Shown: one piece after another, positions 53,887 to 64,000 of the stretch
Position numbering within the stretch: position 1 is the first letter of the stretch
Layout of the letters: each line of letters starts with the position of its first letter
Assembly (NCBI GenBank): GCA_965208835.1
Contig: OZ242358.1
Coordinates: 2,007,325-2,071,324 of the forward strand
Direction of reading: 5' to 3'
DNA length: 64,000 nt
Source: Candidatus Latescibacterota bacterium
GTDB taxonomy: Bacteria; Latescibacterota; UBA2968; GCA-2709665
Made by a program: the position numbers and the translations under genes
Notes under the pieces: model-generated
The model's input: only the letters and a program-made list of their open reading frames with translations
The model's database searches: none
What the model was told of the DNA's origin: nothing

Positions 53887-54801
53887 TCATACCTGCGACC
53901 AGGCCGTATCCAGTACCCTCTTGGCGTTGGCGATGACGATTTCGGGTGATTCTCCCTCCATCGGGGAGACTTCAAAGCTCAGAATGGGGCGCTTGTCCGG
54001 ATCCAGGAATCCGATGTCGAGCAGTTCGCTGAGAAATTCCACTGCTTCCGGTACGTCGTTCTCACCGTCTTCGCAACCGAAGCGAGGATGGTTGTCGCCG
54101 TAGGCCGGATGATCCGGGTTTCGCATCACGCAGTTGCCTATATGGGCGTGTACCAGATGGTCACGGGCGATTCTCAGCGCATATTCGGAGGTTTCGCCCT
54201 GCAGGGGGAAATGACTCAGATCGAGCATCAATCCGAAGTTGGAATACTCACGCCTGACTCTCGATGAAACCTCGACCGCCAGTGCATTCGGGCCTACGAG
54301 ACAGTTCTTGCCAAAGGGTAGACGGTCGAACGTCTCCAGAACCACGTTCATGTTCCTGCCTGCCGCCTCGTCGCAAAGGCGATAGAGTGAGTCGACCAGC
54401 AGGTCCACGCCCCGCTCACGGGCATCGGGGCCGGGATCCGTGCCCGAAAGCAGCGCAACCCCGGGGGCCCCGAGCGCCTCGGCCTGTTCAATCCCGGCCT
54501 TGACCGCGTCCACGGCACCCAGCCTGTGGTCCTCGTCGTCGGAATTGATATCCAAATTGCCGCCAAGCAGGATGGGTTGAGCGCCGAAAGCCACGTCCAT
54601 ATGGGCCGCCGAGAGCAAATCGGCGGCTCTTGCGAGTACGTTTCCGTCTTTCATATGTGTGACTTCCACTGCCTGGAAATACGGGTCCAGTGCGATTCGC
54701 TCCAGCGTTTCGAGAATCGGTCCTTCACCCCCGATACAGGACTTGTAGGCCATAAAGTGGACGATGCCGATGCGAGCATAGTTCTGAATGGGTTCGGTCA
54801 C
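53887..54801 (-). CDS. sugar phosphate isomerase/epimerase (xylose isomerase-like TIM barrel)
   Basis: GTG 54801 has AAAGGAG about 9 nt upstream. The track ORF extends to 54900. Motifs are ...LMLDLSHF...HAHIGN.... Confidence 0.75.
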   Translation of the reverse strand: MTEPIQNYARIGIVHFMAYKSCIGGEGPILETLERIALDPYFQAVEVTHMKDGNVLARAADLLSAAHMDVAFGAQPILLGGNLDINSDDEDHRLGAVDAVKAGIEQAEALGAPGVALLSGTDPGPDARERGVDLLVDSLYRLCDEAAGRNMNVVLETFDRLPFGKNCLVGPNALAVEVSSRVRREYSNFGLMLDLSHFPLQGETSEYALRIARDHLVHAHIGNCVMRNPDHPAYGDNHPRFGCEDGENDVPEAVEFLSELLDIGFLDPDKRPILSFEVSPMEGESPEIVIANAKRVLDTAWSQV

Positions 54802-55013
54802 AACCGGGACTCCTTTCTGACTTGACGCACTTACGGGCCGATTCGCGCGGGAGGCGATTCGGAAAATGGAAACGGAAAGCCGATATCTTCCAGTCGGCAC
54901 ACGTATAAAGAGGTCCGTTGGGACATCCCGATATGCGCGCGGCCCGGAGGTATGGCGGTGCCAAAATACGCATTCGTACGGGTTATGTCAATCGGCAATT
55001 CGCACTTTTCCGC

Positions 55014-55042
55014 TTGACTTTCCCGGCGTCCGCCTGTATAAT
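55014..55042 (+). promoter_or_regulatory. near-consensus sigma70 promoter for the tRNA cluster
   Basis: TTGACT (55014-55019), exact 17-bp spacer, TATAAT (55037-55042), 25 nt upstream of tRNA-Tyr. Confidence 0.6.
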
Positions 55043-55066
55043 TTTCGCCCTGATTTCATAGAGAGT

Positions 55067-55152
55067 GGGGAGGTACCCAAGCGGTCAACGGGGGCAGACT
55101 GTAAATCTGTTGGCTGACGCCTTCGGTGGTTCGAATCCGCCCCTCCCCACCA
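55067..55152 (+). tRNA. tRNA-Tyr: tRNA-Tyr (anticodon GTA), long variable arm, encoded CCA
   Basis: Hand-folded cloverleaf. Acceptor GGGGAGG/CCTCCCC, anticodon loop CTGTAAA, T arm GGTGG-TTCGAAT-CCGCC, discriminator A plus CCA. Confidence 0.9.
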
Positions 55153-55168
55153 TTTCCCGGGCTCTGAG

Positions 55169-55209
55169 CCCCTCCCAAGAAGCTGTATTCAATCGGAGGG
55201 GTTTTGTTG
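55169..55209 (+). terminator. candidate intrinsic terminator after tRNA-Tyr
   Basis: Stem CCCCTCC / GGAGGGG (55169-55175 / 55195-55201) with a 19-nt loop, followed by TTTTGTTG. The loop contains AGAAGCTGTATT, identical to the family B terminus. Confidence 0.5.
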
Positions 55210-55364
55210 TGTGCCCGGGGAACGTCCATTGCCCGCCGGTATCCCTGGCGGCGGGTCCGGCCTGCGGCCGCACGGCGTGAGTCGGGGCGCCCCCTGAGAG
55301 CGAGAGTGCGGAGATGTGGATATTTTTCTCGAGTCTGTGGAAGCTGTTTTCTCAATAAAAGTTC

Positions 55365-55391
55365 TTGACATCCATGCCTCTATATTATAAC
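55365..55391 (+). promoter_or_regulatory. possible promoter for tRNA-Gly/tRNA-Thr/rpmG
   Basis: TTGACA (55365-55370) and TATAAC (55386-55391), but with only a 15-bp spacer. Weak call. Confidence 0.3.
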
Positions 55392-55465
55392 TTCTTAAGT
55401 CTGGAAACTTTCAGGGTCGGCCTGTGCTCAGGCGCGGCCCCACGGGGGTTTGCTTCGTGTTATTT

Positions 55466-55542
55466 GCGGGAATAGCTCAGTTGGCTAGAGCGTCAGCCTT
55501 CCAAGCTGAATGTCGCGGGTTCGAGTCCCGTTTCCCGCTCCA
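55466..55542 (+). tRNA. tRNA-Gly: tRNA-Gly (anticodon TCC), encoded CCA
   Basis: Hand-folded. Acceptor GCGGGAA/TTCCCGC, D stem GCTC/GAGC, anticodon stem TCAGC/GCTGA with loop CTTCCAA, T loop TTCGAGT. Confidence 0.9.
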
Positions 55543-55596
55543 TTTCCCTGCGGGCACCTTTACCAGCCCTTTTTCTGTCGACCAGACAGGGTCATG

Positions 55597-55672
55597 GCCC
55601 ATGTAGCTCAGTCGGTAGAGCACCTCCTTGGTAAGGAGGAGGTCACCGGTTCGAGTCCGGTCGTGGGCTCCA
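55597..55672 (+). tRNA. tRNA-Thr: tRNA-Thr (anticodon GGT), encoded CCA
   Basis: Hand-folded. Acceptor GCCCATG/CGTGGGC, anticodon stem CCTCC/GGAGG with loop TTGGTAA, T arm ACCGG-TTCGAGT-CCGGT. Confidence 0.9.
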
Positions 55673-55694
55673 GAATACCGTCCTGGCACCGAAA

Positions 55695-55847
55695 ATGCCC
55701 AGAGATCTGATTACATTGGCCTGCGCCGACTGCGCGCGCCGAAACTATACGACGACCAAGAATCGGCGTCTACACCCGGACCGCGTCGAATTCAAGAAAT
55801 ATTGCCGGTTCTGTCGCAGGCATGCCCTGCACCGGGAGACTCGCTGA
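55695..55847 (+). CDS. rpmG: 50S ribosomal protein L33
   Basis: Own translation gives [50 protein letters not shown] (50 aa, too short for the supplied track). It has the CxxC...CxxC zinc-ribbon form of L33 and sits in the conserved position upstream of secE-nusG. Confidence 0.9.
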   Translation: MPRDLITLACADCARRNYTTTKNRRLHPDRVEFKKYCRFCRRHALHRETR

Positions 55848-55873
55848 GTTTCAGGAATCGCTGCTGAATAAGC

Positions 55874-56031
55874 AGCCAGTTGACAAAGTCCATCCGGGCT
55901 GCGGCCGTCCCTTGCGGTCGAATACTGCGTTGCGCGCCCTCGCCGAATCGCTCGATGGGACTCGGTCGCGCGCCTTGTCTTCGGCCACAATGGCTCGGAC
56001 TCGCCCTCAGAGCGACTTTATCAATAGGACT
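55874..56031 (+). repeat. repeat family A, copy A3 (between rpmG and tRNA-Trp)
   Basis: It aligns with A1 (reverse complement) and A2. It starts 27 nt after the rpmG stop and ends 10 nt before tRNA-Trp. Confidence 0.85.
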
Positions 56032-56040
56032 GTTAGGGTT

Positions 56041-56116
56041 AGGGCAGTAGCTCAACTGGTAGAGCACCGGTCTCCAAAACCGGCGGTTGCGGGTTCGATT
56101 CCTGCCTGCCCTGCCA
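56041..56116 (+). tRNA. tRNA-Trp: tRNA-Trp (anticodon CCA), encoded CCA
   Basis: Hand-folded. Acceptor AGGGCAG/CTGCCCT, anticodon stem CCGGT/ACCGG with loop CTCCAAA, T loop TTCGATT. Confidence 0.9.
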
Positions 56117-56279
56117 TTTTCCTCCGAAACAGCCACCTGGCCCGCACCCGAGTTCCGCAAGCAGCTACGGCCCCCGGGTTTCTTTTACGAATGCCCGCTA
56201 ACCTGCGTCGATTTCGGCACCCGAATGTTCATTCCCGGGCTGCTTCCGATGTTGGGGCGTTTCCCTGACGGTATTCCCG

Positions 56280-56465
56280 ATGTTCGCGAAAGTGGCACAG
56301 TTCATTAAAGACGTTCAGCTCGAAATGGGCAAGGTCACCTGGCCGACCCGGGACGAACTGATCGCTTCCACGACGATTGTACTGGTGGTTTCGCTGGTCC
56401 TTTCGGTGTTTATTTTCGCTGTGGATTTCGTGCTTTCCCTGGTTCGCAGGTTCGGAATGAGCTGA
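56280..56465 (+). CDS. secE: preprotein translocase subunit SecE
   Basis: 61 aa. The pattern ...EMGKVTWPTRDEL... plus a single TM helix is present, in the conserved position before nusG. Confidence 0.9.
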   Translation: MFAKVAQFIKDVQLEMGKVTWPTRDELIASTTIVLVVSLVLSVFIFAVDFVLSLVRRFGMS

Positions 56466-56499
56466 CGGCCTCATTTTTTTCAACAGTGAGTGATGCACC

Positions 56500-57039
56500 A
56501 TGGCAATGCGCTGGTACGTCGTGCATACCTATTCGGGACACGAAAACAAGGTGCGTTCCTATCTCGAAAGTGCCAAGGAAGGCACCGAGGTCGCGGACCG
56601 GATCAACCGGGTTGTGGTTCCTACCGAAGAGGTCGTGGAGATGAAGGACGGGAGGAAGACGACCTCCTTCAGGAAGTTTCTGCCCAGCTACATTCTGGTC
56701 GAAATGGAGATGGATAAGGAAACCATGCATTTCGTGACCAACGTACCGGGCGTTACGAGCTTTGTCGGGCCGGGTAAGCGCCCCCAGCCGCTTCACGAAA
56801 GAGAGGTGGAACACGTCCTGGGACACGTGGACCGGCGTCAGGAACAGGACGATCAGGAGATACCTTATCAGGTCGGAGATCGGGTCAAAGTCATCGACGG
56901 GCCCTTCAGCGAGTTTATCGGCATGGTCGACGTCGTGAACCCGGAGAAGAGAAAGATCAAGGTGATGGTGAGCATTTTCGGCAGAAACACGCCTGTGGAA
57001 CTGGATGTCCTGCAGGTCGAAGAGGCAGTGGAAGGATAG
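56500..57039 (+). CDS. nusG: transcription termination/antitermination factor NusG
   Basis: 179 aa with [15 protein letters not shown] (NGN domain) and a C-terminal KOW ([18 protein letters not shown]). Confidence 0.95.
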   Translation: MAMRWYVVHTYSGHENKVRSYLESAKEGTEVADRINRVVVPTEEVVEMKDGRKTTSFRKFLPSYILVEMEMDKETMHFVTNVPGVTSFVGPGKRPQPLHEREVEHVLGHVDRRQEQDDQEIPYQVGDRVKVIDGPFSEFIGMVDVVNPEKRKIKVMVSIFGRNTPVELDVLQVEEAVEG

Positions 57040-57043
57040 CGCC

Positions 57044-57469
57044 ATGGCAAAGAAAGTAATGACAATAATCAAACTTCAGATTCCTGCGGGACAGGCGTCC
57101 CCAACGCCCCCGGTGGGGCCGGCGCTTGGCCAGCACGGCGTCAACATTATGGAGTTCTGCCAGGCGTTTAACGCACAGACTAAAGACAAGCAGGGGCTGA
57201 TTGTTCCCGCCGTCATCACCGTTTTCGCGGATCGCAGCTTTTCCTTCATTACGAAGAGCCCGCCCGCCGCGGTGCTGTTGAAGCGTGCCGCAGGCCTGGA
57301 GAAGGGATCGCCCGAATCCAATCGAACCAAAGTCGGCAGTGTCAGGCCCGATCAGGTACGGGAGATTGCCGAAATGAAGATGGAAGATCTGAATGCAGGT
57401 AGCCTGGAAACCGCCGTGCGCATGATCGAAGGAACGGCGCGAAGCGCGGGTATTACGGTGGAGGATTAG
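57044..57469 (+). CDS. rplK: 50S ribosomal protein L11
   Basis: ATG 57044 gives [43 protein letters not shown], the classic L11 N-terminus. Confidence 0.95.
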   Translation: MAKKVMTIIKLQIPAGQASPTPPVGPALGQHGVNIMEFCQAFNAQTKDKQGLIVPAVITVFADRSFSFITKSPPAAVLLKRAAGLEKGSPESNRTKVGSVRPDQVREIAEMKMEDLNAGSLETAVRMIEGTARSAGITVED

Positions 57470-57482
57470 GAGGACCATTATT

Positions 57483-58181
57483 ATGGCAGGGCGCAACGGG
57501 AAACGATACAGGACGGCGCTTTCCGGGATCGATCGACGCGCGCAATATTCAATCGAAGATGCGATTTCACTGCTGAAGGAGATGCCGGCGCCGAAGTTCG
57601 ATCAGACGGTTGAAATGGCGATACGGCTGGGCGTGGACCCGCGCCAGGCCGATCAGCAGATCCGCGGTACGGTGATGTTGCCGCACGGGCTTGGAAAGAC
57701 GATTCGCGTGGTTGTGTTCGCCAAGGGCGAGCAGGCGGCGGCAGCCGAAACGGCCGGAGCGGATGTTGTGGGAACCGACGATCTGGCCGAACGGATCAAC
57801 GGTGGATGGACCGATTTTGACGTTGCCATCGCGGCGCCGGACATGATGAGCGTTGTCGGTCGATTGGGAAGGATCCTGGGCCCCAGAGGTCTGATGCCCA
57901 ATCCCAAGAGCGGCACGGTGACCCCTGACGTGGCGAGGGCGGTGACTGAAGCCAAGGCCGGACGAGTGGAGTATCGCGCGGACAGGAACGGGAATGTTAA
58001 TGCGCCCGTGGGCAGGATGTCATTTGAAGAAGACAGTTTGGTCGAGAATGCCAGAACACTTTTCGATACGATTCTCCGCGCGCGTCCTTCATCTGCCAAG
58101 GGCCAGTATGTCAGGTCCGTAACCCTGGCGACCACAATGGGGCCGGGTGTACGGATCGATCGGTCCAGCGTAACAAACTGA
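57483..58181 (+). CDS. rplA: 50S ribosomal protein L1
   Basis: 232 aa. The pattern ...[34 protein letters not shown]... is L1. Confidence 0.95.
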   Translation: MAGRNGKRYRTALSGIDRRAQYSIEDAISLLKEMPAPKFDQTVEMAIRLGVDPRQADQQIRGTVMLPHGLGKTIRVVVFAKGEQAAAAETAGADVVGTDDLAERINGGWTDFDVAIAAPDMMSVVGRLGRILGPRGLMPNPKSGTVTPDVARAVTEAKAGRVEYRADRNGNVNAPVGRMSFEEDSLVENARTLFDTILRARPSSAKGQYVRSVTLATTMGPGVRIDRSSVTN

Positions 58182-58213
58182 CTGCGGTAATCCGCGCAAC
58201 GGAAGGGAAGAGG

Positions 58214-58750
58214 ATGCCAACGGCCGGAAAAATCAGCGCTGTCGAGGAACTGACACGGCTCATGAACAGGTCTCAAGGGTTTTACCTTACGGACTTTACC
58301 GGCTTGGATGTGCCCGATGTCACACGGTTGCGGAAACGGCTGCGCGATGAGGACATAACCTATCGGGTCGTAAAGAATCGTCTGGCCCTGATCGCCGTAA
58401 AAAACGCAGGGATTCAGGGACTGGAAGAGGTTTTGCAGGGGCCGACCGGCCTGGCAAGTTCCGAAACCGATCCGATCGCGGCGGTAAGGCTGCTTCACGA
58501 ATTCGCGTCGGAAACCGACGGTCTGCCAAGGATTAAGGGCGGCTTCGCGGATGGTCGGGTCTTTCGAGAGGATCAACTGCAAGCGCTCGCCCAGCTTCCG
58601 CCGAGGGAAGTGTTGCTGGGACAGTTGGTGTCCTCGGTTCAGAGCCCGTTGAACGGGCTGGTATTCTGTCTGGGCGGCCTGCTCCAGAGCCTTGTACTGG
58701 TTCTGAACGAGATTGCAATGAAGAAAGGTGAGGCCGGGGTGGAAGATTAG
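58214..58750 (+). CDS. rplJ: 50S ribosomal protein L10
   Basis: 178 aa in the conserved position, with an L10 pattern (...[11 protein letters not shown]...[17 protein letters not shown]...). Confidence 0.9.
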   Translation: MPTAGKISAVEELTRLMNRSQGFYLTDFTGLDVPDVTRLRKRLRDEDITYRVVKNRLALIAVKNAGIQGLEEVLQGPTGLASSETDPIAAVRLLHEFASETDGLPRIKGGFADGRVFREDQLQALAQLPPREVLLGQLVSSVQSPLNGLVFCLGGLLQSLVLVLNEIAMKKGEAGVED

Positions 58751-58960
58751 ATGTTGTTTTAAATTTCCGGTGAGTCCCGAGCACGCGCGAAAATGTGTCG
58801 GTTACGAGGCGCGAGGGGCGCGCAGCGCCGACGGTCAAGGGCGCCCATATTCAATGTATCGTGGCTGTGCGCCCACCGCCACTCTTGGGTGGTTTTGACC
58901 AACGCAGACCGACGCCTTTGCAGCCGCGCAAAGACCGCTGGGGGATTTAAGACAGCTTCT
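58749..58960 (+). repeat. repeat family B, copy B3 (in the rplJ-rplL spacer)
   Basis: The 5' end AGATGTTGTTTTAAATTT overlaps the rplJ TAG stop. The 3' end is GGATTTAAGACAGCTTCT. The conserved 3' half GACCAACGCAGACCGACGC.TTTGCAGCCGCGC.AAGACCGCTGGG is shared with B1/B2. Confidence 0.85.
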
Positions 58961-59022
58961 TAGTCATTCAGGAGCATATCAATCCGTTTCCATCAACATG
59001 ATAAGACGTATGGAGGATGTCC

Positions 59023-59403
59023 ATGGCAATCGCAGACATTATCGATGAGATCGAGAAGCTTTCCGTTCTGGAACTGGCCGAGCTTGTCAAGGCGCTCGAA
59101 GACAAATTCGGCGTGAGCGCCCAGGCGATGGTCGCCGCGCCCGCGGCCGGCGCCGGCGCAGGTGCGGACGGAGAGGCCGAGGAAGAAGAGCAGACGGAAT
59201 TCGACGTGGTGTTGAACGCCATCGGCGACAAGAAGATTCAGGTAATCAAGGTTGTCCGCAGCGTCACAAGTCTGGGCTTGAAAGAAGCCAAGGAACTCGT
59301 CGACGGGGCGCCTCGCAGCGTGAAGGAGGGAGTCTCAAGGGAGGAGGCCGACCAGATCAAGGCTGAACTGGAGGAGGTTGGAGCCGTGGTTGAGATAAAA
59401 TAG
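59023..59403 (+). CDS. rplL: 50S ribosomal protein L7/L12
   Basis: ATG 59023 has GGAGGA at 59013-59018. The sequence is [31 protein letters not shown]... with an Ala-rich hinge and a conserved C-terminal domain. Confidence 0.95.
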   Translation: MAIADIIDEIEKLSVLELAELVKALEDKFGVSAQAMVAAPAAGAGAGADGEAEEEEQTEFDVVLNAIGDKKIQVIKVVRSVTSLGLKEAKELVDGAPRSVKEGVSREEADQIKAELEEVGAVVEIK

Positions 59404-59457
59404 CCGGACCGAACTGCATTCCTGCCGTCAATCATTGGTCGATTTCACCGGAGGAGC

Positions 59458-62400
59458 GTGATCATCTTGGCGAAAAATGGACGTATAGACAGGAAGTCGT
59501 ACGGTAAGATCGCTTCAGCCATCGAAATGCCGAATCTTCTGGACATCCAGATCGATTCTTACAACTGGTTCTTGCAAAAGGATGTACCGCCTGGCGAACG
59601 TGGCAAACAGGGCCTCCAGGCGGTTTTCCATAGTATTTTCCCCATCAGCGACGTTCACAGGCTGTTTTCACTCGAGTTTGTCGATTATTCCATTGGCACG
59701 CCCAAATACGACGTGGGTGAATGTCTGGAGCGGGGTACCACTTACGCGGTTCCTCTCCGCGCCACGCTGAGGTTGATTTCCCGCGAAAAGCAGGACAACA
59801 AGGAGTTTCGGATCAAGGATATCGTGGAGCAGACGGTTTTCCTGGGCGAACTGCCGCTGATGACCGAAGAGGGCACGTTCATTGTCAACGGTTCCGAGAG
59901 GGTGATCGTAAGCCAGCTTCACAGGTCTCCTGGCGTCTTTTTCGACGAGACCGTTCACCCCAACGGGAAACGGCTCTATTCCGCGCGGATCATCCCGTAC
60001 AAGGGCGCGTGGCTGGAGTTCATTCTGGACATAAACGACATCATGTACGTACACATCGACAGGAAGCGGAAGCTTCCGTTTACCACGTTCCTGCGCGCAC
60101 TGGGTTTCGGCCGGAATGAAGAGATACTGGGCCTCTTTCACGAGAACACGAAGGCCGGAGTCAACGAGGAACTGGTCGGCGCGGTGGCGATGGAGGACGT
60201 GGTCGACAAGGGAACCGGCGAAGTTATCGTCGAGGCGTACCAGACAGTGACGGAAGAGCATCTGCAGGCGCTGAAGGATGCACGCGTCAACCGTTTGACC
60301 GTACTTGACATGGACGTCGAGAACGATGGAGGCGTGATTGCAAATACCCTGCAGAAGGATCCTTGCGACAACGAAGAGGAAGCGCTCTCCCGTATCTACA
60401 ATCTGCTGCGTCCGGGTGATCCGCCGAATCTTGAGACCGCCCGCGGCCTGCTCGAACGCCAGTTCTTCAGCCCCAAGCGATATCAACTGGGCGAGGTCGG
60501 GCGCTACCGCTTGAATCAACGCCTGAATCTCAACATTCCTCTTGAGTTTACCACGCTGTGCATAGAGGATTTTCACAGGGTAATTCAATATCTGCTCGTC
60601 CTCTTCAAGGGCGAAGGCTATACGGACGATATCGACCACCTGGGCAACCGACGCATCCGGACCGTGGGCGAACTCCTGTCCTATCACTTCTCAACCGGTC
60701 TGGTCAGAATGGCCCGGACGATCAGAGAGCGAATGAGTCTCAGGGACACGGAGCAGATTACGCCACAGGATCTGGTCAATGCCAGGACGGTATCGACGGT
60801 GGTGCAGGCCTTCTTCGGCAGCAGCCAGCTTTCCCAGTTCCTGCAGCAGACTAACCCGCTCGACGAACTGTCCCACAAGCGGCGGCTGTCGGCACTGGGG
60901 CCCGGCGGTCTCACACGCGACAGGGCCGGGTTCGAGGTTCGCGACGTCCACCATACCCACTACGGGCGTATATGCCCCATCGAAACGCCTGAAGGTCCCA
61001 ATATCGGACTCATCGCGAATATTTCCACCTACGCCAAGATCAACGCGCTTGGATTTCTGGAAACTCCCTACCGGGTTGTAAAAGACGGAAGGGTTACCTC
61101 CAGGATCGAATATCTCTCCGCCGACGAGGAAGACAAACACACGATCGCCCAGGCGAACGCATTGCTCGACGCCGACGGGCGGTTCCAGGACGCAGCCGTC
61201 CAGGCACGGCGGCGAGGCGACTTTCCGCTCGTGGCGCCCTCGGAAGTGGACTATATGGACGTCTCCCCCTGCCAGTTGGTCAGTACGGCCGCGTCCCTCA
61301 TTCCGTTTCTGGAACACGACGATGCCAACCGCGCACTGATGGGCTCTAATATGCAACGGCAGGCGGTGCCGCTGCTCCGGACCGAAGCGCCGTTCGTAGG
61401 AACCGGAATGGAACACGCGGTCGCCGTGGATTCCAAGGCGGTAGTAACGGCGAGGAGCCCTGGAACGGTCACCTATGTGAGCGCGGACAAGATCGTGGTC
61501 AAACGGCGCAAGGGACGGGACGTGGAGATGATCGACCTGTTCGATGAAGATGTCTACCGCTTGATCAAGTTCAAGCGGTCGAATCAGGATTTCTGTATCA
61601 GCCAGAAGCCGCTTGTGCAGGTTGGAGACAGGGTTGAATCAGGCGACCTGCTGGCCGACGGTTGCGCCACGGACCGCGGCGACCTTGCCCTCGGAGCAAA
61701 CGTGCTTTGCGCGTTCATGTCGTGGAACGGGTACAACTTCGAAGACGCGATCATCGTGTCCGAGCGACTGCTGAAGAAGGACATCTTCACTTCGATTTCC
61801 ATAGAGGAATTCGAGCTTCAGGTGCGGGACACCAAGCGGGGCGTGGAGGAGATAACCCGGGAAATCCCGAATGTCAGTGAGCAGGCCGTACGCAACCTGG
61901 ATGAACAGGGTATCGTCAGGGCAGGCGCCGAGGTGACGTCCGGAGACATTCTTGTGGGCAAAGTGACGCCCAAGGGAGAAACCGAACTCTCGCCCGAAGA
62001 ACGCCTCCTGCGCGCGATATTCGGCGAGAAGGCCGGAGACGTCAGAGATGCGTCCCTGAAGGCACCTTCCGGAATGGACGGTGTGGTCATGGACCGGAAG
62101 GTTTTTTCACGAAAAGACAGGGAAAAAACCCGGAAGGCGGATAAGGAAAAGACAGAAGAGGTCAAGAAACAGATCCAGGAAAAAATCAAGTCTATCAAGG
62201 ACAGCAGGGACGAACAGATGGCGGATGTGCTGCGGGGCAAGAAGCTGAATCTGCTGCGGCATACGGAAGACGGCTCGGTAGCAGCCCGGTCCGGAAGAGT
62301 ATTCGACGAGGACTTGGCTGAAAAGCTCGACCTGGACGTCGTACGGCCCGACGAATCCTGGGTCGACGACGCCGCAGCCAGCCGGAGAGTCGACCGCATT

Positions 62401-63234
62401 ATCGAGCTGGCCGAGAAGCTGACCCGGGCAGCGGAAGACGAACTGGAGCGGGAACTTGAAAAAATCGCGCGTGGCGACGAACTGCCCCCGGGAATCGTAC
62501 AGCTTGTCAAAGTGTATATCGCACGTAAGCGCAAGCTGATGGTCGGCGACAAGATGGCGGGACGCCACGGCAACAAGGGGGTCGTTTCGATTATCGTACC
62601 GGAGGAGGATATGCCGTACCTTCCCGACGGTACCCCGATCGACATTATCCTTAACCCGCTGGGTGTGCCTTCCCGGATGAATCTGGGGCAGATCCTGGAG
62701 ACCCACCTCGGCTGGGCGGCTCAGGCGCTGGACGTCCATGTCGCCACGCCTGTCTTCGACGGCGCATCCCTTGAGGATATCAAGTCTGCGCTGGACCAGG
62801 CCAGTCTGCCGGAGTCCGGCAAGACGGTGCTGTACGACGGCAAGACGGGAAAGCCATTCGACAAGGAAGTCATGGTCGGCTATATATATATGTTGAAACT
62901 GTCGCATCTGGTCAGCGACAAGATCCATGCGCGCTCCATCGGACCCTATTCGCTGGTAACCCAACAGCCACTTGGCGGCAAGGCGCAATTCGGCGGCCAG
63001 CGATTCGGAGAGATGGAGGTGTGGGCGCTGGAGGCGTACGGCGCCGCTTATATGCTGCAGGAGATGCTGACGGTCAAGTCTGATGACGTTGCAGGACGTT
63101 CAAAGATCTACGAAGCGATCGTAAAGGGCGAGAATCCACCTGAACCGGGGGTTCCCGAGTCCTTCAACGTGCTGGTGAAGGAATTGCAGAGCCTCTGTCT
63201 GGACGTGGTCCTGGAGAACGGTCAGGGCGGGTAG
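59458..63234 (+). CDS. rpoB: DNA-directed RNA polymerase beta subunit
   Basis: 1258 aa with conserved blocks (e.g. [53 protein letters not shown]). The exact start is uncertain. Confidence 0.95.
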   Translation: MIILAKNGRIDRKSYGKIASAIEMPNLLDIQIDSYNWFLQKDVPPGERGKQGLQAVFHSIFPISDVHRLFSLEFVDYSIGTPKYDVGECLERGTTYAVPLRATLRLISREKQDNKEFRIKDIVEQTVFLGELPLMTEEGTFIVNGSERVIVSQLHRSPGVFFDETVHPNGKRLYSARIIPYKGAWLEFILDINDIMYVHIDRKRKLPFTTFLRALGFGRNEEILGLFHENTKAGVNEELVGAVAMEDVVDKGTGEVIVEAYQTVTEEHLQALKDARVNRLTVLDMDVENDGGVIANTLQKDPCDNEEEALSRIYNLLRPGDPPNLETARGLLERQFFSPKRYQLGEVGRYRLNQRLNLNIPLEFTTLCIEDFHRVIQYLLVLFKGEGYTDDIDHLGNRRIRTVGELLSYHFSTGLVRMARTIRERMSLRDTEQITPQDLVNARTVSTVVQAFFGSSQLSQFLQQTNPLDELSHKRRLSALGPGGLTRDRAGFEVRDVHHTHYGRICPIETPEGPNIGLIANISTYAKINALGFLETPYRVVKDGRVTSRIEYLSADEEDKHTIAQANALLDADGRFQDAAVQARRRGDFPLVAPSEVDYMDVSPCQLVSTAASLIPFLEHDDANRALMGSNMQRQAVPLLRTEAPFVGTGMEHAVAVDSKAVVTARSPGTVTYVSADKIVVKRRKGRDVEMIDLFDEDVYRLIKFKRSNQDFCISQKPLVQVGDRVESGDLLADGCATDRGDLALGANVLCAFMSWNGYNFEDAIIVSERLLKKDIFTSISIEEFELQVRDTKRGVEEITREIPNVSEQAVRNLDEQGIVRAGAEVTSGDILVGKVTPKGETELSPEERLLRAIFGEKAGDVRDASLKAPSGMDGVVMDRKVFSRKDREKTRKADKEKTEEVKKQIQEKIKSIKDSRDEQMADVLRGKKLNLLRHTEDGSVAARSGRVFDEDLAEKLDLDVVRPDESWVDDAAASRRVDRIIELAEKLTRAAEDELERELEKIARGDELPPGIVQLVKVYIARKRKLMVGDKMAGRHGNKGVVSIIVPEEDMPYLPDGTPIDIILNPLGVPSRMNLGQILETHLGWAAQALDVHVATPVFDGASLEDIKSALDQASLPESGKTVLYDGKTGKPFDKEVMVGYIYMLKLSHLVSDKIHARSIGPYSLVTQQPLGGKAQFGGQRFGEMEVWALEAYGAAYMLQEMLTVKSDDVAGRSKIYEAIVKGENPPEPGVPESFNVLVKELQSLCLDVVLENGQGG

Positions 63235-63293
63235 GAACTGATAGCGGGGTCATCTTTTCTTTTGATTTCGATCGCAAAAAGGGGGTAAGGCCC

Positions 63294-64000
63294 GTGGCGG
63301 ACATCAACACTTCCAAGCGGCCCACAGAGTTCAACTCGATCCGCATTCAACTGGCGTCACCGGAGACGATCCGGGGCTGGTCACGGGGCGAGGTGACCAA
63401 ACCTGAAACCATAAACTACCGTTCGTTCAAGCCCGAGCGCGACGGTCTGTTCTGCGAACGCATCTTCGGTCCGGTCAAAGACTGGGAATGCAGTTGCGGC
63501 AAGTACAAGAGGATTCGCTACCGGGGCGTTGTCTGCGACCGGTGCGGCGTGGAAGTCACCCAATCGAAGGTGCGGCGCGAGCGGCTGGGCCATATCGAAC
63601 TGGCCGTGCCGGTCACGCATATCTGGTTCTTCAAGTCGTTGCCCTCCCGGATGGGGTATCTGCTGGACATTACTATCCGCAACCTTGAAAGAATCATCTA
63701 TTACGAGTCTTACGTCGTGTTGGATCCCGGGGACGCGCCGGATCTCAAGTACAAGGATCTTCTCTCCGAAGATGAAGCATATGAACTCGAGGCGAAGGGG
63801 TACAGCTTCAAGGCGGATATGGGTGCGGTTGCACTCAAAAAGCTGCTCAGCGAAATAGATATCGAGGAACTGTCCGCGGAGTTGCGCACCCAGGCGCGGA
63901 TGGAAACCTCCGTACAACGCAAGCAGGAGGCGCTGAAACGGTTAAAGGTGGTCGAGGCATTCCGTCAGTCCGACAACCATCCGTCGTGGATGATTCTGGA
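63294..64000 (+). CDS. rpoC: DNA-directed RNA polymerase beta-prime subunit, N-terminal fragment (continues beyond the right edge)
   Basis: Own translation from GTG 63294 gives [88 protein letters not shown]..., including the zinc-binding motif. It is not in the supplied track because no stop falls in the window. Confidence 0.95.
   Translation, partial: MADINTSKRPTEFNSIRIQLASPETIRGWSRGEVTKPETINYRSFKPERDGLFCERIFGPVKDWECSCGKYKRIRYRGVVCDRCGVEVTQSKVRRERLGHIELAVPVTHIWFFKSLPSRMGYLLDITIRNLERIIYYESYVVLDPGDAPDLKYKDLLSEDEAYELEAKGYSFKADMGAVALKKLLSEIDIEELSAELRTQARMETSVQRKQEALKRLKVVEAFRQSDNHPSWMIL

Noticed and set aside
1-64000. Search for defence systems, toxin-antitoxin pairs, prophage, transposases, integrases, reverse transcriptases and secretion-system loci
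   Set aside because: None of the ORFs shows the hallmark motifs I can recognise by eye, such as nuclease/helicase/methylase combinations, DDE or tyrosine recombinase motifs, or RT YxDD. All large ORFs are accounted for by metabolic, transport, envelope (Bat) or translation/transcription functions. A novel system made of unrecognisable small proteins cannot be excluded without profile searches.

Overview
GC-rich bacterial chromosomal segment. It has no rRNA, so taxonomy cannot be fixed. Sigma70-type promoters, a Bat aerotolerance operon, a GldG-like ABC module and ASPIC/UnbV proteins suggest an environmental Gram-negative lineage, but this is inference only. Gene content from left to right: (1) a minus-strand cluster of PHP-domain protein, unrecognised polytopic membrane protein, HyuA/HyuB hydantoinase-oxoprolinase pair, heparinase II/III-like protein and DegT aminotransferase; (2) a rhodanese-MauE pair plus two large FG-GAP/ASPIC(UnbV) proteins; (3) an NhaC-type antiporter, a voltage-gated K+ channel, a TIM-barrel isomerase and RidA; (4) an orphan anti-sigma-type kinase flanked by unusual low-complexity repeats; (5) an enolase-superfamily / CMD / PotABCD-like ABC operon with tandemly duplicated binding proteins, a retropepsin-like protease, a Gfo/Idh/MocA oxidoreductase and a frameshifted beta-propeller lyase-like gene; (6) a 13.6-kb TPR-MoxR-DUF58-Bat operon with an embedded ABC-2/GldG/DUF4340 module; (7) thrC and a Cys/Met-metabolism PLP enzyme; (8) tRNA-Tyr/Gly/Thr, rpmG, tRNA-Trp, then secE-nusG-rplK-rplA-rplJ-rplL-rpoB-rpoC. 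Three genes are missing from the supplied ORF track: the edge-truncated PHP gene, the edge-truncated rpoC and the 50-codon rpmG. I found no CRISPR, transposase, integrase, phage or recognisable defence genes, so I cannot point to a clear novel multi-gene system. The most unusual signals are listed here. (a) Two MITE-like palindromic repeat families, A and B, each have three copies, including insertions inside the conserved ribosomal-protein cluster. (b) A 16-bp-period tandem array abuts a start codon, and related purine-arm/pyrimidine-tract structures flank the anti-sigma kinase gene on both sides. (c) The Bat operon is a hybrid containing an ABC module. (d) Two single-nucleotide frameshifts sit at short A runs. 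(e) A hairpin plus T9 tract lies directly upstream of the Cys/Met PLP gene.
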